DNA of 62,985 nt, filler included, from Octopus bimaculoides (Eukaryota): assembly GCF_001194135.2 (NCBI RefSeq). It is 6 parts of 6 records of this genome, joined end to end, with 100 filler letters (N's around TTAATTAATTAA, not from the genome) between each part and the next. Parts side by side here need not be neighbours in the genome. Positions count along the whole stretch, not along the records: positions 45,569 to 62,985 come from NC_068987.1; 5 more parts are not named here. One strand, written 5' to 3'. Under the pieces are notes generated by a model, which ran no database searches, was not told the DNA's origin, and worked only from the letters and a program-made list of their open reading frames with translations. This document shows positions 48,601-61,100 of this stretch, piece by piece. Numbering within the stretch: the first letter of the stretch is position 1; each line of letters begins with the position of its first letter. The position numbers and the translations under genes are program-made.

Positions 48601-48729
48601 ATTAACATCATCATCACAGTGAACTATATGAAAACAATAACTACAGCCGTTGTTGTTTATATGTGCGTATGTGTTTGCGTGTGTTTGCGCGTGTCGTGTG
48701 TGTGTGTGTGTGTGTGTGTGCGTGTGAAT

Positions 48730-49551
48730 TTTGTGTCGATGTTCTGCACAAAGCTGTTTGAAGAAACTAAAAGTTTTGAACCGAAAAAGGCAACTGGTAG
48801 ACCACGCAAAACCACCGTGCGAGATGATCGAGCCATGAAACGGTACGTATTGAAGGACCCTTTCGAGACTACAGCTGGAATGTCTATGAAAATAAAAGTA
48901 AACAATGGTACGGCAGTGAGCCGCTTTACAGTGTCTCGTCGTCTGAAGGAATTTGGATTAAAAACTTGTTCCCCGGCAACAATACCTACCATCAGCAAGA
49001 AGAACAAATTGGAATGACTTTCATTTGCAGAAGCTCATGTGAACTGGAGGGATGAATATTGGTTGTTCATTTTAGAGATGAAGGTAAATTCAATTTAGTA
49101 GGTTCAGATGGTAGAGAGTATGTTAGGCGCTTCACAGGGGATCGGCTAAAATCCAAGTGCCTGAACAAATCTGCCAAGTATGGAGAAGAAAGTGTCATGG
49201 TGTGGGGAATGATTTCTTCTGGAGAAGTTGGCCCTCTAGTGCATATTAAAGGGACTATTAATGCTAATATCTATTTGAATTTGGTTAAACAACATGTGAT
49301 CCCACCATTACGAGCATTTCCGAATCAACTGTGCCTGTTCATGCAAGATAATCCTATTGAAAACCTTTGGAAGATACTTGGAGACAAAGTAACATAAGGG
49401 GCACCAGCTACTACGACGAATTTATGGGAGATATTAGAAGAGGAGATATTAGAAAATGGTAACATCTGACTTGTGCAGGAAACTTGTTATGTCCTGTGTC
49501 AATCGTTGTGCAGAGATAATCTCCAACAAAGGTCTACAAACATCATACTAA
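48730..49551 (+). mobile_element. Tc1-like (DDE) transposase pseudogene
   Basis: TGRPRKTT..SRFTVSRRL; HFRDEGKFNLVGSDG; VMVWGMIS; FMQDN joined directly to PIENLW (internal deletion); stop, frameshifts, and terminal NKGLQTSY*. Confidence 0.9.
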
Positions 49552-51697
49552 CTGTATTAAGTTCATATTTACGTTTCTTTCAATTATTATTATGGTTTTG
49601 AGTTAAACGTAACATTTTTTGGTTTGATCATTCTCTTATTTTGCACATGAGGCATTTGGACGAAACTAGTGTTAGAGTTATTAACTTTTATTAAGACCAT
49701 TGTACAAACTTGGATTTTTCAGAGAGTTTAGCTAATGGTTAATCGTATTTACGAAACCAATTGCGAATTCGTACGTTTACTAGCTTTTCCAAAATTAAAA
49801 AAAAATATTAATCGTTTTCTTTTTTAGCTCGCTACTGTATGTATGTATGTACGCATAAATATATATTCACACATACAAGCATAGGTAAATATTCATATAC
49901 ATATATATGGATGTAGACCTAGAGAAAGATATATATATAATTAAATATAAAAAGAAATATTTATTCATGAGGAAGGCAATGAAAGAAGAACAAAGACAGG
50001 TGAGAGAAAGAGAGAGATATTTTGTTGATAGTCTGTTAAAGTCGGTCATACCAGCCATGATGAAATACTACAAAGTATAGAAAATATGAAATACCACAAG
50101 GTATAGAAAATATTCGCCTTTATATATTTATATATTTAATCCCTTATATTGAACACTCAATACTTCATCTATTCAATAAGACATATTCCATATATTCAAT
50201 AAGACATTCAATACTTTATTTCATAGTACCATCCATTTTTATTTTATATTATATATTGTATATTNNNNNNNNNNNNNNNNNNNNNNNNNNNNNNNNNNNN
50301 NNNNNNNNNNNNNNNNNNNNNNNNNNNNNNNNNNNNNNNNNNNNNNNNNNNNNNNNNNNNNNNNNNNNNNNNNNNNNNNNNNNNNNNNNNNNNNNNNNNN
50401 NNNNNNNNNNNNNNNNNNNNNNNNNNNNNNNNNNNNNNNNNNNNNNNNNNNNNNNNNNNNNNNNNNNNNNNNNNNNNNNNNNNNNNNNNNNNNNNNNNNN
50501 NNNNNNNNNNNNNNNNNNNNNNNNNNNNNNNNNNNNNNNNNNNNNNNNNNNNNNNNNNNNNNNNNNNNNNNNNNNNNNNNNNNNNNNNNNNNNNNNNNNN
50601 NNNNNNNNNNNNNNNNNNNNNNNNNNNNNNNNNNNNNNNNNNNNNNNNNNNNNNNNNNNNNNNNNNNNNNNNNNNNNNNNNNNNNNNNNNNNNNNNNNNN
50701 NNNNNNNNNNNNNNNNNNNNNNNNNNNNNNNNNNNNNNNNNNNNNNNNNNNNNNNNNNNNNNNNNNNNNNNNNNNNNNNNNNNNNNNNNNNNNNNNNNNN
50801 NNNNNNNNNNNNNNNNNNNNNNNNNNNNNNNNNNNNNNNNNNNNNNNNNNNNNNNNNNNNNNNNNNNNNNNNNNNNNNNNNNNNNNNNNNNNNNNNNNNN
50901 NNNNNNNNNNNNNNNNNNNNNNNNNNNNNNNNNNNNNNNNNNNNNNNNNNNNNNNNNNNNNNNNNNNNNNNNNNNNNNNNNNNNNNNNNNNNNNNNNNNN
51001 NNNNNNNNNNNNNNNNNNNNNNNNNNNNNNNNNNNNNNNNNNNNNNNNNNNNNNNNNNNNNNNNNNNNNNNNNNNNNNNNNNNNNNNNNNNNNNNNNNNN
51101 NNNNNNNNNNNNNNNNNNNNNNNNNNNNNNNNNNNNNNNNNNNNNNNNNNNTATATATAAAGTTATATATATGTATACATGCCTGTATGCACGCTGTTAT
51201 TATTGTCTGTTTCGTTATTAGTCTTCTTTTTTTGTTGTTCTTCTCACATCAGGAAACGGAAAACCTGAACATAAAAGTTTGGTTGAGTTGTAAACAACGT
51301 ATAGTGAGGTGTCAAGCTTGTTTGTTATTCCAGTAGGAAATATGTAAATAGAGACAGAAATAAAGAAATAAATGTAAGCTTCCATTTCTTTATGACCTGC
51401 TGTCGCACAAACCAATACTTTACTTTGTTGATAGAGACACGTTTCCTTTATTATACTCGATTCTGTAGTGAATATTACGTCATAATTACGTCATAGATAT
51501 TGTAATAGATAAAAAAAACGACCACTCATTATCACGAAGTGATTGAAATTCTAGATAAGCAACAAGCTAAATATCTCTCCAATTTCGATTCCCAGTTGAA
51601 ATCAAACTCACCCACGTATAAGAGTATAAGAGAAATGATTTTGTTTTTATTTTTCTGAAGAATGTTTAGGCTTGAATAGTCTATGTAACATTTACTG

Positions 51698-51903
51698 CTA
51701 TAGGCGCAAGGCTTGGAATTTTAAGGAAGGGCGCTAGTCCATTACATCGACCCCAACACTGAACTGCTATTTACTTTGTCGAGCTCGAAAGGATGAAAAG
51801 CACAGAGGAACTCGGCGAAATTTAAACTCAGATCGTAAAATCTGACGAAACATCGCTAAGTAATTTGTCCAGCAAGCTAACGCTTATACCAGCTCACTGC
51901 CTT
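51698..51903 (-). mobile_element. SINE family B
   Basis: Reverse complement carries the B head and core. Confidence 0.7.
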
Positions 51904-51919
51904 CAGCCATCTAAATAAT

Positions 51920-52320
51920 ACTCTTTTACTCTTTTACGTGTTTCAGTCATTTGACTGTGGCCATGCTGGTGCACCGCTTTTAGTCGAGTAAATCTACCCC
52001 AGAACTTATTCTTTGTAAGCCTAGTACTTATTCTATCGGTTTCTTTTACCGAACCGCTAAGTTACGGGGACGTAAACACAACAGCATCGTTTGTCAAGTG
52101 ATGTTGGGGGTAGAAACACAGACACACACAATACATATATGCATATACATATATACGACGGGCTTCTTTTAGTTTCCGTCTACCAAATCCACTCACAAGG
52201 CTTTGGTCGGCCCGAAGCTATAGCTAAAGACACTTGCCCAAGGTGCCACGCAGTGGGACTGAACCCGGAACCATGTGGTTGGTAAGCAAGCTACTTACCA
52301 CACAGCCACTCATACGCCTA
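51920..52320 (-). mobile_element. SINE family A, full length
   Basis: Reverse complement homologous to 1945-2352. Confidence 0.92.
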
Positions 52321-52439
52321 TTGTTAGTGAGTGTCGTACTCTCAGGTTTTTATACAAGAATTTATATAGTTAATTCGTAGAAAGTTCCTGAAAGATGCCG
52401 AAAAGTTGGAGTGGGGGTAACATGAAACTTCTTATGTGA

Positions 52440-52800
52440 CCCATGCGTACTTCAAACCTCATTTATGATCATGGCACACCTGAATAGTCTCCACTGTCTG
52501 CTGTCATTATCGTCAAATGATATGCCGTAACCATTTTTAAAGTTGATGAAATTTAGTAGTAAGAAAGTTTGAGGTTCATTTTCTTGTTCAGTATTTCTGA
52601 ATATGAAAATATGAATCATCTGTGCTGCTACATCGTCTACAACCAAGTTAATTCTCTCCCATCGCTTTTTCCATTTTACTTTTTTTGTCTGTTGCGAAGG
52701 ATTGTACTTAGAACTTTTTGAGGTATTAATAAGAGAAACTTCGTATGGTATTTGTTGGTTTTCAAACTTGTCAATCCTTTTACACATTGGCGTTACCGGT
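52440..52800 (-). mobile_element. Non-LTR (RTE-like) reverse transcriptase remnant
   Basis: Broken frames give VSLINTS/KVLSTILRNR and HIFIFRN...LLNFINFKNGYGI, resembling YRGISLL..YKIL..IL..RL and FIDFKKAYDS. Confidence 0.55.
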
Positions 52801-53366
52801 ATACGCTTCTAGATATTTGGAGTCTTTTCTGTTTTCTTAACTATATTGAATATTACGTATAATATATTAACCATCCATTCTCGCTTCGATTTTAGCACTT
52901 CAACACCGATGACGTCTATGCTGATGCTTTACATTCTATTTATTGCCTTTTAAATTTATTTCTTTTATTTCTGCATTGGCGGGCCAACGTTAGTTTTGTT
53001 GCATTGCTTCCAAATTGTATGATAATCCAAGCGTTGTTTTAAATTGTGTTTCAAAGTTTCTAATTTTTTATGTTTCTAATTGCCAGATTCGAAGTTATAT
53101 TTTCTGTTGCAGGTTTTTGTTTCTGCATATTTTAAGTATATTTTGACTGCTTTACTAATTTATTTGTATCATATGGCATTGATAATATTGTCTGGAATGT
53201 ATAGTTCCTAGCATTTCTATTTTCGCAATTTACCATTATTCACAAACTGTCCCTAATGATAGGCTCGTAACCTGTTTCTGACAACAAATGCAGATACATG
53301 CAGATATGAGTGAGTGTGTGTGTAAGTGAGTGTGTGCGTAAGTGAGTGTGTGCGTAAGTGAGTGTA

Positions 53367-54658
53367 TGAGATGTTTTCATTAAAGATTTTCCTTGACCCA
53401 CTTTCCAAGGACTGTGATAAACGAAACTTGGCATAATTATTAGTCCTTCTCTACATAGCCACCACCTAAAGTGACACACTTCTCCCATCGCTTTATGCAG
53501 CGTTGAAGTCTTTGTCTGTAAAAGCCGGTAAGTTGCGTCTGAATGCAAGATTTTACCTCGGAAATAAGTTCATCATGATCCGAAAAGTGCTTCCCCTTCA
53601 AAAACAACTTCATCATTGGAAAGAGGTGGAAGGCAGATGGTGCGAGGTCGGGAAAGTAAGGACCGTGAAGAAGGACTTCATAGCCGCAGGAGTGTGCTTT
53701 CATCTGGGCAACATGCGCATTGTGAACTGGGGCATTGTCTTGAAAAAGGCAGACGCCTTTGGTCAGCATAGCACGTCTCACTGCTTTGATGGCTTCCCGC
53801 AATTTCTGCAACAGAGAAGCATAATATGCTCTTTAATTGTGGTACCCTTTGCTAGAAAATCCATCATCACTACTCTGTACTGGTCCCAAAAGATTGTGAG
53901 CATCACCTTGCCTACTGAGGGTTGAACACGAGCCTTCTCTGGAAGTGGTGAGTTATCATGCTTCCATTGCTTCGAATGGACTTTAGTCTCAGGATCATAG
54001 TGACGGACCCATGTTTCATCCGGTGTGATAAGTCTGCCGAAAAGATACTCCTCGTTTTCTTGGCACATTGCCAAAAGTGCCAGGGAGCAATTGACTTGTT
54101 CCTGCTTCTGAAAAGGTGTGAGCATCTGGGGAATCCATAGTCCAGACAACTCCGCGTGTGCAAATGGTCGTCAATGACTTTTTCTAAGAATCCTACACAT
54201 ATCTTCACTTCTTCGGCTAGATGCTGAATAGTTATGCCGTGATATTCCAAATTGGCCGCTTTCACTCTGTGGATGCTGTCATCATCAATGGCGAAATGTG
54301 GTCGTCCAGGAATAGGAACAGTTTTCACCGGTGTTTGACCACATTTGAACTGGCGACACCAGTTCTTGTCTACGTCGCATGATAGTGCATTGTCACCATA
54401 CACTTCTTTCATCTCATTAAACGTTTCTTTTGGTGTACGACCTTTCAAGTATAAGAACCTGATCACTGATCTGTATTCAACTGCCTCCATTATAACACCA
54501 CATTCCTCTTCAGCAGCCGTAAAAGACAAACGAGTACTACTGGGAAGTTGTAATTTACAATGTAACATGTAGTGACACGTATGATTATATTTCTACAAGT
54601 TCCGTTTCCTGCAATAATCGCAAGTCGGTCAGGGGCAATCCTTAATGAACATCCCTCG
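53367..54658 (-). mobile_element. Full-length mariner (1292 bp), inactive
   Basis: TA flanks at 53365-66 and 54659-60; 37-bp TIRs match at 27/37 positions; transposase spans 54490-53440. Confidence 0.95.
53440..54490 (-). pseudogene. Mariner D,D34D transposase pseudogene (Himar1/irritans-like), two frameshifts
   Basis: MEAVEYRSVIRFLYLKG; WIPQML; ITPDETWVRHYDPE; FQDNAPVH; HGPYFPDLAPSAFHLF (third catalytic Asp replaced by Ala); RWEKCV..GGYVEKD*. Confidence 0.93.
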
Positions 54659-56310
54659 TATGTATGAGTCATTGTGTGCACGTGTGTTTTTTGTACGTAT
54701 GTTGTTCTGTATCCAGAACTACAGAGCAACCAGTCACTCGTAATTTGATTTTGATTTTCGTTTAAAGGCATTCAGCCTTATTCATGTCATCATATCTGTT
54801 CTGTAAAATTCCTTTCCAAATAAATGTCATTAATTTCCGTGCATTGTCATGCAATTTTTAATATTTATGATGCATACACTAATAGAAATGCATAGAAATT
54901 AATGTAGAAAATGAACATGGAGCGCAATTGATGTATTAAACAATATGACTAACCTGTGTGATTCATTAGCTAGAATTGAAAGAACAAGCTGTGATCATTA
55001 TCTTCCAAGTCTCTCTGATTCCGGTGTGTTAATGTTTTACATAAAGCGTTGCAAATCAATGACTGAAAAAAAGGCTTGTCCAGGATTGGAAGTTTCGTGG
55101 ACTTACGACCTGGTGTAGAAGGACGTGTTCACTACAGTAGAGATTGGTTGGAGGTTGAACACAAAATAGAGTATAAAAAGAAGAAAAACGGGTGAGATGA
55201 GAGTGGCAGTATGGAGGTGATACAGAACTAATCAGAGCCGATGAGTAGAAGCCATTGTAATAGTTTTAGGAAAGGCACGGAAAGAAATCAGCACATGAGG
55301 AACGTGTTTATCTCCAACTGATTTTGCACCAATTAGAATATGACCTTTATTTCTTTGCGGTTTAGGATTTCTATTTGGGTAGCAATATTTATTACCAAGA
55401 TGTCGAAACAATAACCTTTTGCGTGTCCCACTTGAGCTTTATAGAATAATTTAATGTGTGGACGAAGTATGTTTACCTTTAAAGAAATGATCAGTCTTTG
55501 AGATTCAGGGATATCTACGCATGCTATGGATATGTATTTGCCATGACAGATCATCTTAATGATCGAGAAGGTTCTAGGAGTGTGTTGCTCACGTTTATGG
55601 GTTGAGGACAAGACGATGTTTTCTTTAATGCTGTGTTGGCTTTGGTTTATCCAGTGTCTTTTTCATATATTGAGACAGAGTATTGGCGTGACCCACTTAA
55701 ACATTACTATCAATGTAAATTTGGTTTGCAGTGACTATAATAAAATGGTTAGAAATAGAACTTAGTATTTTAGCAAATAATAATGTTGTGAAGAAAATAT
55801 TACATAATATTGCTCCAATACTAAAAGACTTTAAAATGGTAATAGTTGAATTGATCTGACTTGGGATGAGAACCTGCATCATCATCATCAAAACGCGAAG
55901 TCTTCAAGTTTATTTCCTTATCAATGGTCATACCGCAGCTCTCTGTAGACATACTCTGCTTGTAATTCCTTCTTAGAATTTTAGCTAAAATGTTTCATCT
56001 ACCGTTCGTACGAAAAGTTTGAGTTCCTAAGTTTTAGCGTTAAATAAACACTCGTAGATTACATGAATTACTTTTGTGCATTTTTTTTTTACAATCTCAT
56101 CACAAACAACCTGGAATTCAATAATTCCTCTTCGGATTATTTCGAAACAAATAAGAAAAATCAAAAGAAAATCATTAAAAAATTACTTCTTTTAAGCAAG
56201 TTGTATAATAGGGTTCATTGTTTCATTGACATTTTCCCTATTGATCAAGAAAATGTGAATGTTGGTTCTGTTTAAGCGAAATACACTGATGCCATGACAT
56301 TCTGGTTTGT

Positions 56311-56810
56311 CCTTCACCATTTCTCTTTCCCTTCACATACTTCAACATTCTACAAAGACGGTGGTGCTTAATTTCGTCCACTATATATGGCGTTAACACC
56401 TGATTCCCTGACAGTCTACCCAACTAATCCCAGTATTACGAGTTACAGAAGCCTGTATCAGTTTTATATTCGACGCCTCTACTTACAACATTGAAATGCA
56501 TTCTCTATCTACTTCTCTTTAAGAAAATTCGGTTGTTGAAAAGTAAATGTCCAACTCTCCCCTTCACCATTTCTCTTTCCGTTCACATACTTCAACATTC
56601 TACAAAGCCGGGAAGTACTTAATTTCGTCCACTATATATATGGCGTTAACACCTGTTTCCCGGACAGTATACCCAACTAATCTCAGTAATACGAGTTACA
56701 GAAGCCTTCAATTTTACATTCCCGCTTCTACTTATAGCATTGAAATGCATTCTCAAACTTCCTCCCTTTAAGAAAAGTCGGTTATTGAGAAGTAAAAGTC
56801 TAACTCTCCC
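56311..56810. repeat. 250-bp tandem duplication (56311-56560 and 56561-56810)
   Basis: Both units start CCTTCACCATTTCTCTTTCC and end AACTCTCC, with scattered substitutions. Confidence 0.92.
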
Positions 56811-57582
56811 TCTCTCTGTCTCTTATTGACTTTCTTATAATATAAATTAGAACATTACGTAGTCGAATATTTTAACGGGAAGGAAATATTCTGTGAGTCT
56901 GACACCTTTCTCAAGACATTGATGGCATATGTTTCTAATGTATTAATAACTTAGGTAATATGTTCAATTTCGATTATATCCAATATATATTATTATATCC
57001 AATGGTTAATAACTTTACTTTCACAGTTTTAAGTAGCATAGAGTCGAATCTCTTGCTGAATAGGAAAATTTATGGCCGATCTAACACCTATTGTCAACAA
57101 CTACATTAAGTGATACATTCAGAATAAGTGTAATGCTCAAAATTGTGTTGGTGATTATTGACATTAAATTGAAACTGAACCTAAATTGTGATTTTGTGAC
57201 CTAATACTTTTCGACTTGCCCATTTCAGCTTATCATAAACGATCTTATTTATTACCATTCATACCGTTTCAATCATCTTTGCTTACAAAGTTTGTGTCTG
57301 TTTGCCAGGAGGTTTTTGTTTTAATATTTTCGAATTAGTAATGTTTAGATACAAGGGCTTTATAAAAGACAGAGCATTGTCGTATGTCGAGTCATTACTG
57401 AAGATGTGTATTGTCTATTCTAACATTATACGTATTCAAAGGGACTTTTCTTGGACAAAATGTCACAACTTCAAGCGTGTAACAACACATACATATATAT
57501 GTGTGTGTATACATTTATACACCCCTACACTCCCACACACATATATGCATATACATACATACATGCATAGAATGTTGATTGG

Positions 57583-57633
57583 TTTTGCACCTATAAAGCG
57601 TTTAGCTGTATAGTGGTATCATCAGGCTCAAAT
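57583..57633 (-). ncRNA. Inactivated inverted copy of the hammerhead motif
   Basis: Reverse complement ATTTGAGC-CTGATGA-TA-CCACTATACAG-CTAAACG-CTTTATAGGTG-C-AAAAC; 38/51 identity to 57664-57714; G12 changed to A, and stem III and the cleavage site deleted. Confidence 0.7.
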
Positions 57634-57656
57634 GTAAAGGGGCTGTATGATGTACA

Positions 57657-57736
57657 TCCGGCCATATGAGTCTGACGAGTCGCCTGTATAGCTAAGCACT
57701 TTATAGGTGTGAAACTTATGGTCACTCTCTGACCGG
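57657..57736 (+). ncRNA. Type I hammerhead ribozyme, probably Penelope/retrozyme-associated
   Basis: Stem I GAGT(57668-71)/ACTC(57724-27) extended by TCCGG/CCGGA; core CTGACGA (57672-78); stem II CGCCTGTATAG/CTTTATAGGTG with 7-nt loop; GAAAC (57711-15); short stem III; GTC cleavage triplet (57721-23). Confidence 0.8.
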
Positions 57737-57825
57737 ACATAACAATCAACATTTTCTATAAATAGAAGGGAGGGAAAGGCGGAGGAAATGGAGGTAGTGG
57801 AGGAGGAGAAGAATAAGAAGAAGAA

Positions 57826-57910
57826 GAAGAAGAAGAACAAGAAGAAGAAGAAGAAGAAGAAGAAGAAGAAGAAGAAGAAGAAGAAGAAGAAGAAGAAGAA
57901 GAAGAAGAAG
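57826..57910. repeat. (AAG)n microsatellite
   Basis: Direct reading. Confidence 0.97.
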
Positions 57911-58076
57911 NNNNNNNNNNNNNNNNNNNNNNNNNNNNNNNNNNNNNNNNNNNNNNNNNNNNNNNNNNNNNNNNNNNNNNNNNNNNNNNNNNNNNNNNNN
58001 NNNNNNNNNNNNGAGGTGGATACCATGGCTTGATATAAAAACCTATGAACTAGGAAGTATATCAGCACACCACCAC

Positions 58077-58129
<53 letters not shown>

Positions 58130-61100
58130 GCCATTACAACAATAATAACAATAGCATCAATAGCAAGAAGAAGAAGAAAAAGGAGGAGGAGGAGGAGGCA
58201 TTGGGCCACATATCCGAAAACAAGCGGGGTGCTTAAATCGCTGCACAAACATCGAAATAGAGAAACTAATTTAATCAGTTCGCTAGGTTGCATCAATGCA
58301 ATTCTATGGTACCCAGGATTGTAAATACAAGTAAAAGCTTCCTCCGTCGGATGCAATGATGATCATTCTAGTTTGCTCAGTCAACAACGAATTTACTGAA
58401 TTACCTTGAAGTGGCTTAGTATTTCAGTCACGTGTAGTCTTAATATATTCATGACGCAGAATTATTGTAACATGTCCTACAACAAAGGAATCCTTTGAAT
58501 TACAGGTAGAATGCACCCGAGAGATTTCAACACAATTTTCGTGTGACCGGTTTGATTCTAAGCTTGAGGTTAATCTGTGGTTAAGGTTAGGTAGTAACGT
58601 AGGAGACGCATCCAAGATGTCACGCATTGTGATCTATTCAATGACGTCATGAACGCGATACGAACTAGTCGTCCACTGGACTATGCTTGTGCTTAGCACT
58701 TGTAGCAATGAAACATCCATTCAGAATATTTTGTGGAATTGCAGGTCTCAAAGCAAATCCATCAATACAAGTAGAGAATAGAAACAGATAAAAAAAACAT
58801 TGCGCCGGCATTATCATTTACTGAATCACAAAAATGAATAACCTAGATGTCAGCGGTGTGTCCCATCGCACTACGAGGTCATGGGACAATAAATTCATAA
58901 TAAATCGATAACCATGGTGGTTATGATTGTTTTTCGTTTCATTTATTTATTTATTTTAATGTTGATTACTTCGATAGATGTTTTCCAAGACCTAATTTGC
59001 AAATGTATTTTAATATTTCGATGAAAACAAAAATCAGTATTACTATGAGAAAGGAAGTACTGCACAGCTNNNNNNNNNNNNNNNNNNNNNNNNNNNNNNN
59101 NNNNNNNNNNNNNNNNNNNNNNNNNNNNNNNNNNNNNNNNNNNNNNNNNNNNNNNNNNNNNNNNNNNNNNNNNNNNNNNNNNNNNNNNNNNNNNNNNNNN
59201 NNNNNNNNNNNNNNNNNNNNNNNNNNNNNNNNNNNNNNNNNNNNNNNNNNNNNNNNNNNNNNNNNNNNNAATGTTAAATTCCATTGAGATTGTAAAGAGA
59301 ACGTTTATTTCTGTTTTCATTCATTTATTCCTTTCGGTGGGGTAAAAACAAGAATGAAATTTCAATGAAAATAAAAATATAAAAATAATGTTGTTTATAA
59401 ATGAAAGAAGCAATAGAATGGTAAATAGAGAGAGAAAGACCGAAGACGAAGAGAGAGAGAGAGAGAGTGATTGAGTGGAAGTCGGAAAGAGAAGGGAGAG
59501 ACAGGAAGGAATTGGAGCCGATTTGCTGTAAAAAGAAATAAAGGCAAGAATATAGAAACGAAAGTAATTAGGGAAAGAAAGAATTGAATGGAGATAAAAA
59601 GAAACGATAAGTTAAAGATTCTAATGAAACCATGGGGAGAGGAATAAAAGAGATATAGGTTTCCGTTGATTAGTCACAAAGAGCTGTAAATTTTTGTCGG
59701 AAAAATGGGTAGGGATATTAAATGTGACCAGTATTCATACAGATTCCTCCCGAAATGAGCTATTTTTCATTTTCTATTGAGGGTTGAAACAGAATAGTTC
59801 GCTCTTGGTTTTTACAGCTCCCACTAAAATGGAAATATCTTTATAGAAAACAACGTAAATGCATAAACAAATAAGTTTTGCTCAGATAAAAAAAAAACTG
59901 TAAAGGAACAGAATAATTAAATAAAAATAAAGAGTAAAGCTAAAACAAACGAAATATAATGAAAAGAAGCAAGAGGTAAACGAAAAACAATATATCTGTT
60001 GTCAAGAATTAAGTAAATGTGTGTTAAGAAATTTATTTTATTTTCTCTGATATGAGAAGCATTACGTTTTATGTTTGTTTGTTTCTAATTTCTTTGTATT
60101 CTCTTCTGTTATTCTCTTTCTATTTGTGTTGGTTACTTGACAGGAAAAAAAAAACTGCGAAGGATAAAGACAGAATAAAATGGACAGCATTGAAATTTAA
60201 CAAATGATTGTTGATGGTATCCTAGAAAGGAGGTCAAATGGTACCACCAAATAATTGACCTCTGTAGAAAGATTGCGTTGATCAAAGTAAGCACTGAAAC
60301 AATATATAACAATAATAGCACTGGTAGTACTAATAATAGTAATAATGGCAATAACAATAAGATTGTTTTTGTCTTGTTTTTTTTGCCAAGGGGCCCAACA
60401 CGTTGAGGACAGCAGAAAGATGGGAACAAACAATGAATATGTAAGAATTCGTATGTGAGTGAGTGTGTGTGTGTGTGCATGTGTGTATGTGTGTGAATGA
60501 GTGTGCCTGTCCTGTGGGTAACCGTTTGTTTGTGTGAGTTGGTGAAGTGGATTAACATAGCAAACAAAAAACGCTATTGTACCAAGTGGCGAATAATTAG
60601 AATTATCAAACCATAGCAGGAGAGATGGAAGACTTTATTATAAACGACTTACATACAACGTGGGCGCACGTGCAAATATATATGCAAGTATGTATGTCTG
60701 TCAAGGGCAGGGAATCGTCAATTAGTAATAGAATTAATAATTAACAATTTTGCCAAGTAGTTCAGTATGAAAAAACCTTTATCGGTAAAGGCAGGTTTGT
60801 TTTTACTTTTCCCTCCGGTTTTTTGTTTTATGTGTGCCATAAATATCGCTATCCGTTTAGAGAAAAAAATTGTAGTTTGGAATCAGTAGTTCTTTGACTG
60901 CTATTTCTAAATTTTCAGTATGTTGGAGAAGCAACTCAATGCTAATCCCTGTATATTGTATATTTATGATGATATATATANNNNNNNNNNNNNNNNNNNN
61001 NNNNNNNNNNNNNNNNNNNNNNNNNNNNNNNNNNNNNNNNNNNNNNNNNNNNNNNNNNNNNNNNNNNNNNNNNNNNNNNNNNNNNNNNNNNNNNNNNNNN

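Noticed and set aside
55333-55611. Possible LINE RT 3' remnant
   Set aside because: Similarity is too weak to support by eye.
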